Positions 11,101-18,788 of a stretch of DNA of 31,328 nucleotides are shown in pieces; the first letter of the stretch is position 1, and the number at the start of each line of letters is the position of its first letter. This DNA comes from a virus. Lineage: Duplodnaviria; Caudoviricetes. Made by a program: the position numbers and the translations under genes. Below the pieces are notes generated by a model. That model searched no databases, was not told where the DNA came from, and worked only from the letters and a program-made list of their open reading frames with translations. The DNA is taken from positions 1 to 31,328 of IMG/VR virus record IMGVR_UViG_3300044228_004389. One strand, given 5' to 3'.

Positions 11101-11885
11101 TATCTGACGGTACAGACAGTGATGGTGATGGACTAACTGATTTTTATGAAAACACTGTATCGTTTACCGACCCAAATAATACTGATACAGATTTTGATGG
11201 GCTGTCTGATTCAGCAGAAATTAATACACATGGAACAAATCCCCTATCTAAAGATAGTGATAATGATGGAGTAGATGATGGCGTTGAATTAGACTTGGGG
11301 CAAAACCCAGCGGTTTTCACTGATTACAACCCATTAGTAAGTGGATTTAGGATTACTAACGCACTACAACAAAGTGGTGAATACTATACCTTGGTCGGTA
11401 AAGGAGAAATGTCATTGCCATCTGGATTGCCACTTATAAATGGATTATATGAATTAAGTGGAACTGCAAATGGAAAGCCACAATTTGCTGGTAGAAGACA
11501 TAGTTATACTTCAGTCCAAGTTGGGGGAGGTTATAACCAAAATTATATATCTTCAAATAATCCATATAAAAACATTTATACCGCAGGGGCTGGAGTTGTT
11601 AAATACACGGTAGATGGATATTGGAAAATCCAAACTAATACTACTGCTCAATCGTATGATGAAAGAAGGGACTTCCAACAATGGACTGGTGGCTCTGGTG
11701 TAGATTACCCTTGGCAAGTTACTGATTGGGTGCAAGTACTACAAAGCGGTACTTTTGAATTAGCTGAAGTTGATTATTCTAATCCTCAAAACAAGCCAGA
11801 GCCATCTGGCCCAAGAAGCTCCCCAAGAATATTTTTTACTTATTTAGGAGACGGAACACTAGTAGACTTTGCACCAAAATTATGA
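5196..11885 (+). CDS. Lambda gpJ-like tip attachment / central tail fibre protein, copy 1 (2229 aa)
   Basis: SEGPIEG, YPFSA, VPSNY, WDGTFKLAWTDNPAWILYDL, EPRFSCN, GCTSRAQAARLGRY, FN3-like region; large insertions and C-terminal DxDxDG repeats. Confidence 0.92.
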   Translation: MKEYLLEKYKKVYENSIFGSEDGPEGGGTNVNQANADRLSSGFARLMPPLANDLLLSSADLTASDFVSEGPIEGFVDNNGASCSPLEATFLDGTVVAETASLKKQSQPLIIQKLSGVEFNYKPFVSGELNNYVDYLNSRFVHKEPIVNHSWIQGRSDTNGDYNSTVNTFRGGVVNPLQDINDILNCTRQGLKNTIMRWGPGAKGAGGATDTAQMEIAPNEMLYRYAGAGFRKVPYSYRKIYHPNSVVNKTDYSIPNAYVFSEDQPVLYQGSYDFGCSITERGFLDRSFCNRAFFKFIANPTSTNGGNYTNHQRFCATAVRLTGHYDDRFSNGKPGKYTYSLAAQAEPEGLKEPIIDTVASAINSIGLDYWKPVRFHESYVQLLPKTSAETLAGEVDHHSHTRLAGKANKTPKNFDYRSGTSTESRSIDDGIVTYNTWTSRRIYVEKSEASYDANTQTVTPYTNQTTPGASGPNDQPKLVANLGEENRLFSEKLVVMDEPEVVPESQAAVIQLNWVIYSTDVAVQRRGGSVLKTRSWKLDSSNPVSFVRRGVYFGTPTLVLDGLTAYTPPADSADMTAGSLPTITFEVGEGGALTNNYTVTNEGRVDGAGVGSSQGNVTIQGIYSPESQVAGSTYSVTVNDVNPSPFVSSITRAFLQEGSLPGVSGNTQRWYKPNKTYRITGSLHFPSSNVKVDSFNFYLLGDQSQGIEGQNIATVGPFKDDNWRDFDFEFTNSGNRSFRKMRFNLKKGDDFTGLTQTGDFIGIRDFTVLEKTLGGEEQAKDPRIAYMTFAATDFLSTGTTLNVGGVNYDYPFTTDVSLGGDAKIDFSLDGTPINVGDPNALKFVFPKITGFDLSTKQINESITLRTVTNETTNCGTRYQEDMKYPFVTGAENTETIGFQLKESETEDVEGSFLWPVWVGDSPPKNTAGNLDTGKLLVRIRSKNEDLANNPQAAAAVQSGIDNGWDVFGYVEPDAPVNPPSSEIVYLHVENPNLGAPDANVTGKSLNITVQQNQPETFNFNNFRIDYNLGEENQQPLSNESVTSIEYNKNIFGPNEIFRAGAVIGEKEIATAEVSLSRFDYGTGPLSHRGATYYRWRIDSVNITDGGSNYSNNVTLNFNSNLEIYQDPNPTINVSNGVVQSVTFATTADKGEFAGSGFIFGNYSAHTYGSDPPTVTAQIVDEGEGGVVAGDLSLNLTGDNTDYNYGMRKYSAIDGTASSDIEPDGTYQSDWMENLPLNSDITPLIHTVNRRDVDCVKVTLIIESLYQQIIQEQDPLATSIKRDGLTINFSIFTYFDGVVEDIYPKNETKISYFGTVSDFYAVDTDEIILPTYSDLLPFYPGEDVKSLSQKFPRIVEIRKNDFETNSVRMGRDARVFQVIEVVKERFKYPFSAIMKTTLDARTFREPPNKQWRLRLKRVQVPSNYYPLDLDGSDKRFVKNVSQLGTRIVYDGDWDGTFKLAWTDNPAWILYDLLTNQRYGIGNRIDDLEDINIFNLYKIGRYCDSVDDNGHFVGLDDGVGGLEPRFSCNIMLASAQNAFKTINDICTVFNGMAFWANGRLDFFADQPKDPMTFFNNENVFDGIFNYQTTNKSSLFNVAEVTFLDKRDDFTAKKETVIDEESMRQNGILRRDINGKGCTSRAQAARLGRYILYTNKLEREIVNFKTSSQSLMLSIGDVIEIQDDLKNFEASYGKLLEYEVNSVGHKFIKIEDRPNVNSILTNHSGAFVITPTGQDTLTELYDHIKGGNLVTNEILNNLYDPQAVKLKVTGAQQDGNQIKIGVSDSNSYLNDVPTGSLINLDLQNRRKHQYRVLSIKPEEDNLYAVTATEYRKEKFDLIETKEDFKIEEEDSFNVGIPNHVIKNITEPIGFDANVVTVNSRERHIQFEITGSSNGNETAYQLTAIAPNGKVDSKIVPKAEDISVGNNYYLTKGEIKDVHSFGTYNFEVKSLGSEDIFGTPSSIDFTSSQVSFVSDGTDSDGDGLTDFYENTVSFTDPNNTDTDFDGLSDSAEINTHGTNPLSKDSDNDGVDDGVELDLGQNPAVFTDYNPLVSGFRITNALQQSGEYYTLVGKGEMSLPSGLPLINGLYELSGTANGKPQFAGRRHSYTSVQVGGGYNQNYISSNNPYKNIYTAGAGVVKYTVDGYWKIQTNTTAQSYDERRDFQQWTGGSGVDYPWQVTDWVQVLQSGTFELAEVDYSNPQNKPEPSGPRSSPRIFFTYLGDGTLVDFAPKL
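11106..11311 (+). repeat. Coding repeat: three TSP3-like Ca-binding DxDxDG(L/V)xDxxE units in gpJ copy 1
   Basis: DSDGDGLTDFYE...TDP, DTDFDGLSDSAE...GTNP, DSDNDGVDDGVE...GQNP. Confidence 0.85.
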
Positions 11886-12256
11886 TAAAATATTCAATAA
11901 CAGTTTTACCTCCAAGAGAGCCAAATGTAAAAATTTGTAGTATATTTTTAAATCAACAAATATGTACAGATTTTAATATTTCTAAAAAATTTATTAAAAT
12001 TAAAAAAGAGCCTAATATGTTTATTAAAATACAATTAATTGATACGGATAATATGAGAAATGTAGGTATAGATTATCCTAATTTGTACTTAAATTCTTAC
12101 ATATATGAAGAGGATACCAAAGATTATACGAAAAAATATTTAAAATTTAAAAAAGATGGAGTGATAATAAAACCAGGCGACAAAGACATAAAATTAAAAA
12201 TTAATCTATTAAGACGCGATGAAGTAATTGATTATTGCCTCATTGATATAGTGTAA
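11882..12256 (+). CDS. Hypothetical protein between the two gpJ genes (124 aa)
   Basis: ATGA-coupled to the gpJ-1 stop; beta-strand-like alternating pattern. Confidence 0.75.
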   Translation: MIKYSITVLPPREPNVKICSIFLNQQICTDFNISKKFIKIKKEPNMFIKIQLIDTDNMRNVGIDYPNLYLNSYIYEEDTKDYTKKYLKFKKDGVIIKPGDKDIKLKINLLRRDEVIDYCLIDIV

Positions 12257-12260
12257 TATA
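12251..12260 (+). promoter_or_regulatory. GTGTAAWATA motif (putative phage late promoter) for gpJ copy 2
   Basis: GTGTAATATA containing the upstream TAA stop, 6 nt before the ATG at 12267. Confidence 0.6.
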
Positions 12261-12266
12261 ATTAGG

Positions 12267-15200
12267 ATGAAGGACTACAAGGAATATTTAAAAAATAAAT
12301 CAAAAGGTATTAGAGGAGCTGCGACTTTAGAGCCCCCTCAAGGAGACAATGGATTTCAATCTGTTGCATCTATGGCTGTATTAGATTTAATCTCAGAAGG
12401 TCCAATTTATGGTTTAGTCGATGCTAATGGAAAGAAAACAAATAATATAAGTATTTTAGAATCTTTATTTTTAGACGATACCCCAGTTTTAGCAAAAAAC
12501 GTAGCTACTATACGAACAGAACCAATTAAGTATGGAAATATAAAGATGATTGGTAGATGCACTAGCGGGAACTTGGCGCAGGCATTTTTAAAAATTGATT
12601 CACATTTAACATCTGGAGAATCTGAAAATGTAAATAATATATATCTTTCGAGTGTTAAAAAGGCAGAACTAGCTGCTGATAGCGGTGCATTTTGTCAATA
12701 TGTGGCAGATAATCCAGCTTTAGGTAATTATGGATTTATACAGTATTCGCTATCTGGAATTTTTCCTACTGGCACCAATTCTGAAGAAAGAATATATTCT
12801 CGAGTAGACATAGATCAAGGTGGAATAGGATCATATAACCTATCGGTATTTAATTTAGATCATTATTTAACTGAATCTGGAACTAACTACTCACACCTAT
12901 ATAAAAGAAGCACTAGAAATTCAAAAAATGAAGTAATTAGTATTCCCTCATCTATAAATTATGGATATCAACTTTTCAACAACAATAAATTTTCATACAG
13001 TTCATCCCCAGAAAGAATAGACACAGCAGCAGGCAAAGTTGGAAAACAATATATGATTGATGGATTTTGTGGTGGCGGAATAGTATTTTTTCATATAGGA
13101 GACAACGTAGCAGAAGATAATAATGGTAATTTTTTGACTGGTAAATTTTTTATAGAAAAAGGTTCATCTAATACGAGAGCCGCAATGGAAAGCGGAATAA
13201 CAAATAAACATGATGTCTTTCTGTTTAGTAACGCTAGTGATGGAGGCATTTCATTAGAAAGGCCAGCACCAAATCAAATAGATCCAGAAGTAGGTCATTG
13301 CGCAGGGAAAATGCTAGAAGTTGGATTTACAAGTGATACAAATTTAACTTACAACTATAATAATATTGATTTTGATTTTAGGGAAGGTTATGAGACGCAG
13401 CCTAAAATGGAAGGTCATTCAGAGGGGGTACAGGATTTTGATATAAGAAAAAAATTATATGGACCATTAATATACGGAACTACTGATGCCCAACAAGCTT
13501 CAAGCGGAGATGGATCTGGATATACTGATATTAGAAGTGGTGGAGGAGCTGATTTTTCGGCTTGGATGTTAAATCCACCTCTAGAAGCAGATGCGTACCC
13601 ATATACCCACACAATAAAAAGATTAGATGTAAAAAGGTGTGTGCCTACTGTAGCTGTTGAACAGTTAGGAGATACTATACCTACTGGAGATGATGCAGGT
13701 GTTCAAACAGCAGCTAGACTGCTTGTTAGTTTTACACAGGGATTTGAGGGTGGAGTAACTGGAGCTTCTAACTCTACCGCTATTGAATCATTATTGTCGC
13801 AAGGAAATAGTTTGCAATCTATAGCTTTAGGAACATTTGAAAGCAAGCAAGAAGTTAGATATTCTGGTATTATTGTATCTAATTATCTGGATACATATTC
13901 TGGAATAAATGATTTGCCAAGGAATAGAGATTTAAGAACTATGACGGCTAGTGATATTCCAGGTATATCAGATAGCATAATACAAGGTCAAGGGTATGGA
14001 AATAGTGAACTTTTATTCCCTGGAGAGGAATGGAAGGTGCCAAATAGATTTTTGAGAATTCAGAAGGAAAGTTTTGAAACAGACTCTACTTTGTTACAAA
14101 GAGAATGTTCTATTAGTTATGTTAGTGAGCAAATCGGAGAGCCGTTTAGTTATCCACTTGTTGCTTTAGGAGGAACTATATTTGATGCTAGAAATTTTGC
14201 GACTCAACCAACTAGAGATTTTTTAGTAAGAGGTAAATTAGTTGCTGTGCCATCAAATTATAATCCATTAAATGCAGACGGAAAAGATAAAAGGTTTATT
14301 AGTAATGCAGCTAATTATGGTAAAAGAGATATATATAGATTTAACTCTAACGCAACTGTGCCCCATGCCATAGTTTTTCAAGATATAAACTTAGGAACTA
14401 GTAATTTCCAATTTAAAGTAAAGGTACGGTTTGGTACAGTAAAGACTGACAGTTCAACGCAAACTGTTTTTGATACTATGGGAGGAACTGCAACCGCAAA
14501 TAGGCTAGCTCTATACCAAACTGACAATAAAATAAGATGCGGAACTAGAGACGGAAATGGTATATTTAAATCGACTTTTGTAGATATATCTTCTTATAGT
14601 AATAGTGATATTTTTGAAATTTCAGTTTTACGGGTTGGTAATAAAATCACTCTTACAGTTAAAGTCGGATCTACTACTGTTGGAACAAATAGTTTTACAA
14701 TGACGAACTCATTGAATTTGAATTTTTTGGGAGGAAGTAGACAATTTGTTATTGGAGGGAATGCGAATTCAACTAGCACATCCGTTGGACTAAAGATATC
14801 AAATAATTCAAAAATTGTAGATTTACAAATATATAAAAATAATGAATTAAAACATCATTGGGACGGAACGCAAAGTTTTTCAATGAGACATAGTAGGCAA
14901 TTTACTGAAAAATATGCAGGCTATCATGCTACTTTAAATAGCGAAGGAAATGGCGACCAAACCGACACTAGTTTTGATTTCGGCAGAAATAAAGTAAATA
15001 TTTATAATGGTTTATGGGACGGAACATTTAAGTTAGCATGGACAGACAATCCCGCATGGATACTTTATGACTTAATGATAAATCCTATCTATGGAGTAGG
15101 AAATGCGATAGATGACAGAGAAGATATAAACATATTTAATTTATATCAAATAGCTAGGTATTGTGATGCGGTAGACGACGATGGTTTTTTTGATGGCCTG

Positions 15201-16967
15201 CCAGATTCAACTAGAGGATTGGAACCTAGATTTAGTTGTAATGTTAGAATTTTTGATAGCAAAAACGCTTTTGAAGTTTTAGGAAATATAGCGTCTGTTT
15301 TTAGAGGGTTTACTTTTTGGGACGGCGTTGGTTTAAATTTTGCAATAGATAGAGATAAAAAAATTAGCGCTATTTTTAACAATGGAAATGTATATGATGG
15401 ATTATTTAATTACGGAGATATAACTAGTACCGCAAGATTTACAAAAGTTGAAGTACTTTATGCAGATGCAAGAGATTTGTATGGAAGTAAGTCAGAATAT
15501 GTAGAGGATGAAGACGCAATAAGAAAATATGGATTAATAACTAAAACCCTCAACGGAATAGGTTGTACTTCTAAATCCCAAGCAAAAAGAATGGGTAAGT
15601 ATATTCTTTTTAGTAATAGAATGGAAACTGAAATAGTACAATTTAGGGGTGGAACTGATTGTTTATTTTTAGAGCCAGGAGATATAATAAGAATTGATGA
15701 CGAATTGAAAAATTTTGAACCTAATTATGGAAAAGTTTTAGAAATAGATGACTCATCGACAGAGCCTTATGTTTCTGTAGAAAGTAATATAAATCCAAAT
15801 AATATACAATTAGGAGCTAATGGAGGGGTATATTTATATACCAACAGAGAACAAACAGAATTAGAAAATTTATATGATATTGTTAAATTTCAAACTACTT
15901 ATCAATTTGGAGAAAACTCTGATGTGTACAGCGGGGCAGTAAATAGTGATTTTATTGACACACAAAGTTTTTCAGAAATACAAAAAATTAAAGTTACTGG
16001 TGTTTCTGCCCAAACAAATAGAATTAAATTACTTTTAGATACTGGAGACGCTAATATAGGAAACTTAACAGGTGTGCAGACTGGGTCTTTTTCAAATATA
16101 GAATTAACAAATAATGTCGACACAACGTATAAAGTTGTAAGAAAACGACAATCAGACAGTAATTTGTATGAGATTGAAGCTATGGAGTATAATTTAGATA
16201 AATTTAACAAAATAGAACAAGATGATTTTGATGATGAAGAAATAACTTATAATATAGGAATACCAGCACACACTGTGACTAGACCATCGTCACCATCAAA
16301 TGTTACCTTTAATACAGTTCAACAAACAGACACCAGTTACTCTGTGACAGGAACTATAACGGCCGCAGGTGGGAGTAATGAAACATCTTATAGGGTTGTT
16401 GTTTACAGGACAAGTCAAGCTGGGCCATATACCCAAAAAGAAGTTGCAAGAGAGACTGATAATACTACAGATTTTGCATGTCATGGTTTAGTAAATGGCA
16501 CTTATACAGTACAAGTCACATCTTTAAGAAATCCAGAATCAAGTGTTCCTTTTGAATCTACATTTAAAATAGATACGAAAACAGATGTCTATCTAAAACC
16601 TATAATTAAAAATATATCAATACCAAATGATGACCTAGGTCAATATCACAGATATGGTGGTTATGGAATTGGACACGGACAATCTAAATTTGAAGATGTG
16701 CAGTATAATTTTGTTACAGTTAACAAAAAAGATGAAGTCTTCAGCTTAAGCCAGTTGGATTACACTATGGATATTTATGTTTTAAAAGAAAGTGGTAAAT
16801 ATGTAAATTTAGAATTCGATTATGAACAAGATATATATGTGTTTGATGATGTTTTAAACGCATCTATTTTTAGTGGTGTATACAACTCTGGATTTAATAT
16901 GAGGTTTGATCTAAAAAAAGACGGTGTCATTGTAGACACCGCCTCATATGAAACATTTGTAATTTAG
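12267..16967 (+). CDS. Lambda gpJ-like tip attachment / central tail fibre protein, copy 2 (1566 aa)
   Basis: LDLISEGPIYGLV, YPLVAL, VPSNY, WDGTFKLAWTDNPAWILYDL, EPRFSCN, GCTSKSQAKRMGKY, LEPGDIIRI, FN3-like region; LamG-like insertion. Confidence 0.93.
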   Translation: MKDYKEYLKNKSKGIRGAATLEPPQGDNGFQSVASMAVLDLISEGPIYGLVDANGKKTNNISILESLFLDDTPVLAKNVATIRTEPIKYGNIKMIGRCTSGNLAQAFLKIDSHLTSGESENVNNIYLSSVKKAELAADSGAFCQYVADNPALGNYGFIQYSLSGIFPTGTNSEERIYSRVDIDQGGIGSYNLSVFNLDHYLTESGTNYSHLYKRSTRNSKNEVISIPSSINYGYQLFNNNKFSYSSSPERIDTAAGKVGKQYMIDGFCGGGIVFFHIGDNVAEDNNGNFLTGKFFIEKGSSNTRAAMESGITNKHDVFLFSNASDGGISLERPAPNQIDPEVGHCAGKMLEVGFTSDTNLTYNYNNIDFDFREGYETQPKMEGHSEGVQDFDIRKKLYGPLIYGTTDAQQASSGDGSGYTDIRSGGGADFSAWMLNPPLEADAYPYTHTIKRLDVKRCVPTVAVEQLGDTIPTGDDAGVQTAARLLVSFTQGFEGGVTGASNSTAIESLLSQGNSLQSIALGTFESKQEVRYSGIIVSNYLDTYSGINDLPRNRDLRTMTASDIPGISDSIIQGQGYGNSELLFPGEEWKVPNRFLRIQKESFETDSTLLQRECSISYVSEQIGEPFSYPLVALGGTIFDARNFATQPTRDFLVRGKLVAVPSNYNPLNADGKDKRFISNAANYGKRDIYRFNSNATVPHAIVFQDINLGTSNFQFKVKVRFGTVKTDSSTQTVFDTMGGTATANRLALYQTDNKIRCGTRDGNGIFKSTFVDISSYSNSDIFEISVLRVGNKITLTVKVGSTTVGTNSFTMTNSLNLNFLGGSRQFVIGGNANSTSTSVGLKISNNSKIVDLQIYKNNELKHHWDGTQSFSMRHSRQFTEKYAGYHATLNSEGNGDQTDTSFDFGRNKVNIYNGLWDGTFKLAWTDNPAWILYDLMINPIYGVGNAIDDREDINIFNLYQIARYCDAVDDDGFFDGLPDSTRGLEPRFSCNVRIFDSKNAFEVLGNIASVFRGFTFWDGVGLNFAIDRDKKISAIFNNGNVYDGLFNYGDITSTARFTKVEVLYADARDLYGSKSEYVEDEDAIRKYGLITKTLNGIGCTSKSQAKRMGKYILFSNRMETEIVQFRGGTDCLFLEPGDIIRIDDELKNFEPNYGKVLEIDDSSTEPYVSVESNINPNNIQLGANGGVYLYTNREQTELENLYDIVKFQTTYQFGENSDVYSGAVNSDFIDTQSFSEIQKIKVTGVSAQTNRIKLLLDTGDANIGNLTGVQTGSFSNIELTNNVDTTYKVVRKRQSDSNLYEIEAMEYNLDKFNKIEQDDFDDEEITYNIGIPAHTVTRPSSPSNVTFNTVQQTDTSYSVTGTITAAGGSNETSYRVVVYRTSQAGPYTQKEVARETDNTTDFACHGLVNGTYTVQVTSLRNPESSVPFESTFKIDTKTDVYLKPIIKNISIPNDDLGQYHRYGGYGIGHGQSKFEDVQYNFVTVNKKDEVFSLSQLDYTMDIYVLKESGKYVNLEFDYEQDIYVFDDVLNASIFSGVYNSGFNMRFDLKKDGVIVDTASYETFVI

Positions 16968-17704
16968 ATTAATTTTAACAACTTCCTGCACTCTTTAGCT
17001 GGAATATCTTTATAATCTGACCACTCTTTAATAATCTCTGGATCATTTGTATAAGCACCAGTCTTATACCACGCTCTAAGGCATCCTTTGAATGAATTGA
17101 AGTCTGTACCCGCTTTTTCTTTTAAAATACCTTGTGGGCTAATATCTTTAGCTCCAGAGGAGGATGGTGGTAGTACTATAGGAGCTTTATTCTTAGAAGA
17201 ATCAATCTCATCTGCGCCTACAATATGTATACCCAAAAAGTTACGAACAGCACGAACAAACGCACGATTTTCTGCAATACATTCCAAGAACTTAGCGGCA
17301 AATCCGTTTGTATTATGTGTTGTAGCGTTTGCAATAGAAGCAAAATTTTGTGCGCCATTACTTTCGTAGTTTTCAATCCAACCAATCATACATTGGACTA
17401 CAACACGGCTATCTGAAGATTCTGTAATATCATAAGTAATATTGTGAAAACCACGAAGCTTTGCTAACTCTTTAATTCCGCCCAACTTAATTAGAAGCTG
17501 GTTGTCTTCCAAACCTTCAATAGAACTTGGAACTGGCATTTTGCGCATTTCGAAATAATCCTTATTCGGATATAAATGTTCTGAGCTGATCATAGCTCGC
17601 CAATTGACTGAGCCATCTTGGTTAAATTCATAATCAACGGACTCTAATAGTCCGTGTTCGTTGCGTTTCCACGCATCTGGTCCGTATAATTTATTTTTCG
17701 ACAT
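16964..17704 (-). CDS. Putative Rad52-superfamily single-strand annealing protein
   Basis: LIKLGGIKELAKLRGF ... ASIANA ... IAENRAFVRAVRNFLGI resembles the AExRAxxRA..LG helix of Rad52/Sak-type annealases; replication context. Confidence 0.55.
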   Translation of the reverse strand: MSKNKLYGPDAWKRNEHGLLESVDYEFNQDGSVNWRAMISSEHLYPNKDYFEMRKMPVPSSIEGLEDNQLLIKLGGIKELAKLRGFHNITYDITESSDSRVVVQCMIGWIENYESNGAQNFASIANATTHNTNGFAAKFLECIAENRAFVRAVRNFLGIHIVGADEIDSSKNKAPIVLPPSSSGAKDISPQGILKEKAGTDFNSFKGCLRAWYKTGAYTNDPEIIKEWSDYKDIPAKECRKLLKLI

Positions 17705-18788
17705 ATAAGTATAAATTTTCTAATTCTAATTTTGATATATCATCATAAACAAAATCATTAGATTTGTCAAGCCTTTTGCAAGAAAATTCTGAATTATAAA
17801 CTTCTCCATTAGATATAAATTTTTTATTAGATATATATTTGCAATTTTTAGGTACTTTTATTTTGTCTGGCGACAATTCTTTTAAAACAACTGGAAAATC
17901 AAAATATTTAAGTCTCAGATCAGAAATACTATCTTTGTCTGTAACCTGTACAATAACATTCTTTTTGTAATTTTTTAAAATTTTAAAAAATTTATTAAGG
18001 TCTTCTTTTTCGTGATCTTTGTTGTGCACAAAAATAATTTGTTTTAGATTAGGAAGTTGCGCTATAATTTCTTCATCTAAAGGTTTATTTAAATACAGAT
18101 TAACTAAACAAAAACGACACCAATCAAATATATTTTGTAAATTAAATTCTAGATCAGATCTTATATTTATCGCTTTGCCTTTAAAAAAATCATATGGCTC
18201 AAAAAAATTAGGAACTATTTCAGCTAAAGAATGATTAAATAAAGAGCCAATTCTTTTAGTTTTAAATTTAATATCATATTTTATATTTAATTTATCTAAT
18301 ATACATGCAGCTATTTGTTCTGGAACAATTTCATTAACTCTATTTTTATTTTCTTTGGAGTCAAAAGATGGTTTGATATCAGAAAAATCTGGAGTTATAA
18401 TTTTAGTATTCTTAAATAAATTAAAATTACTTTCAAACATATTTCCTAAAACACAAACAGATGGAATATTAAAAGCATCGCTAATTTGTACTCTATGGCT
18501 TGATGTGCCAATGTATAATAAAGATTTTTTTATAAAAAAATTATTTTGTTTAACCGTTACCTCATTTAATTTGGGGGCTGTAAAAATAACAATATTATTT
18601 TCCTCTAGCTTTTCTTTTAAAATTGAAAATACCACATCCCAGTAAGCATATTCTTGAGAGGGGTAATCTGCATGAGGATTAAAATAAACATATTTATCGA
18701 GTAAATTGGGATAAAAATGATCATTTAATTTAGGCTCGCCGATTTTTACGCCTAAATCTTTTGCATAAACTTCTGCTACATGTGACAT
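17691..18788 (-). CDS. GT9 (heptosyltransferase)-like glycosyltransferase C-terminal half plus extra domain
   Basis: KSLLYIGTSSHRVQISDAFNIPSVCVLG and VNEIVPEQI resemble GT9 IGxDSGxxHLAxAxxxPxxxLFG and mxxIxpeeV; degenerate. Confidence 0.55.
   Translation of the reverse strand: MSHVAEVYAKDLGVKIGEPKLNDHFYPNLLDKYVYFNPHADYPSQEYAYWDVVFSILKEKLEENNIVIFTAPKLNEVTVKQNNFFIKKSLLYIGTSSHRVQISDAFNIPSVCVLGNMFESNFNLFKNTKIITPDFSDIKPSFDSKENKNRVNEIVPEQIAACILDKLNIKYDIKFKTKRIGSLFNHSLAEIVPNFFEPYDFFKGKAINIRSDLEFNLQNIFDWCRFCLVNLYLNKPLDEEIIAQLPNLKQIIFVHNKDHEKEDLNKFFKILKNYKKNVIVQVTDKDSISDLRLKYFDFPVVLKELSPDKIKVPKNCKYISNKKFISNGEVYNSEFSCKRLDKSNDFVYDDISKLELENLYLYVEK
17742..17770 (-). promoter_or_regulatory. sigma70-type promoter for the annealase-like gene
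   Basis: TTGACA-17 nt-TATGAT on the minus strand, inside the 3' end of the upstream gene, about 38 nt before the ATG at 17704. Confidence 0.65.

Noticed and set aside
9549-15074. J1/J2 nucleotide similarity as a DGR template/variable repeat or an invertible cassette
   Set aside because: Differences are synonymous third-position changes, not adenine-specific. The copies are direct, and no reverse transcriptase or invertase is in the window.
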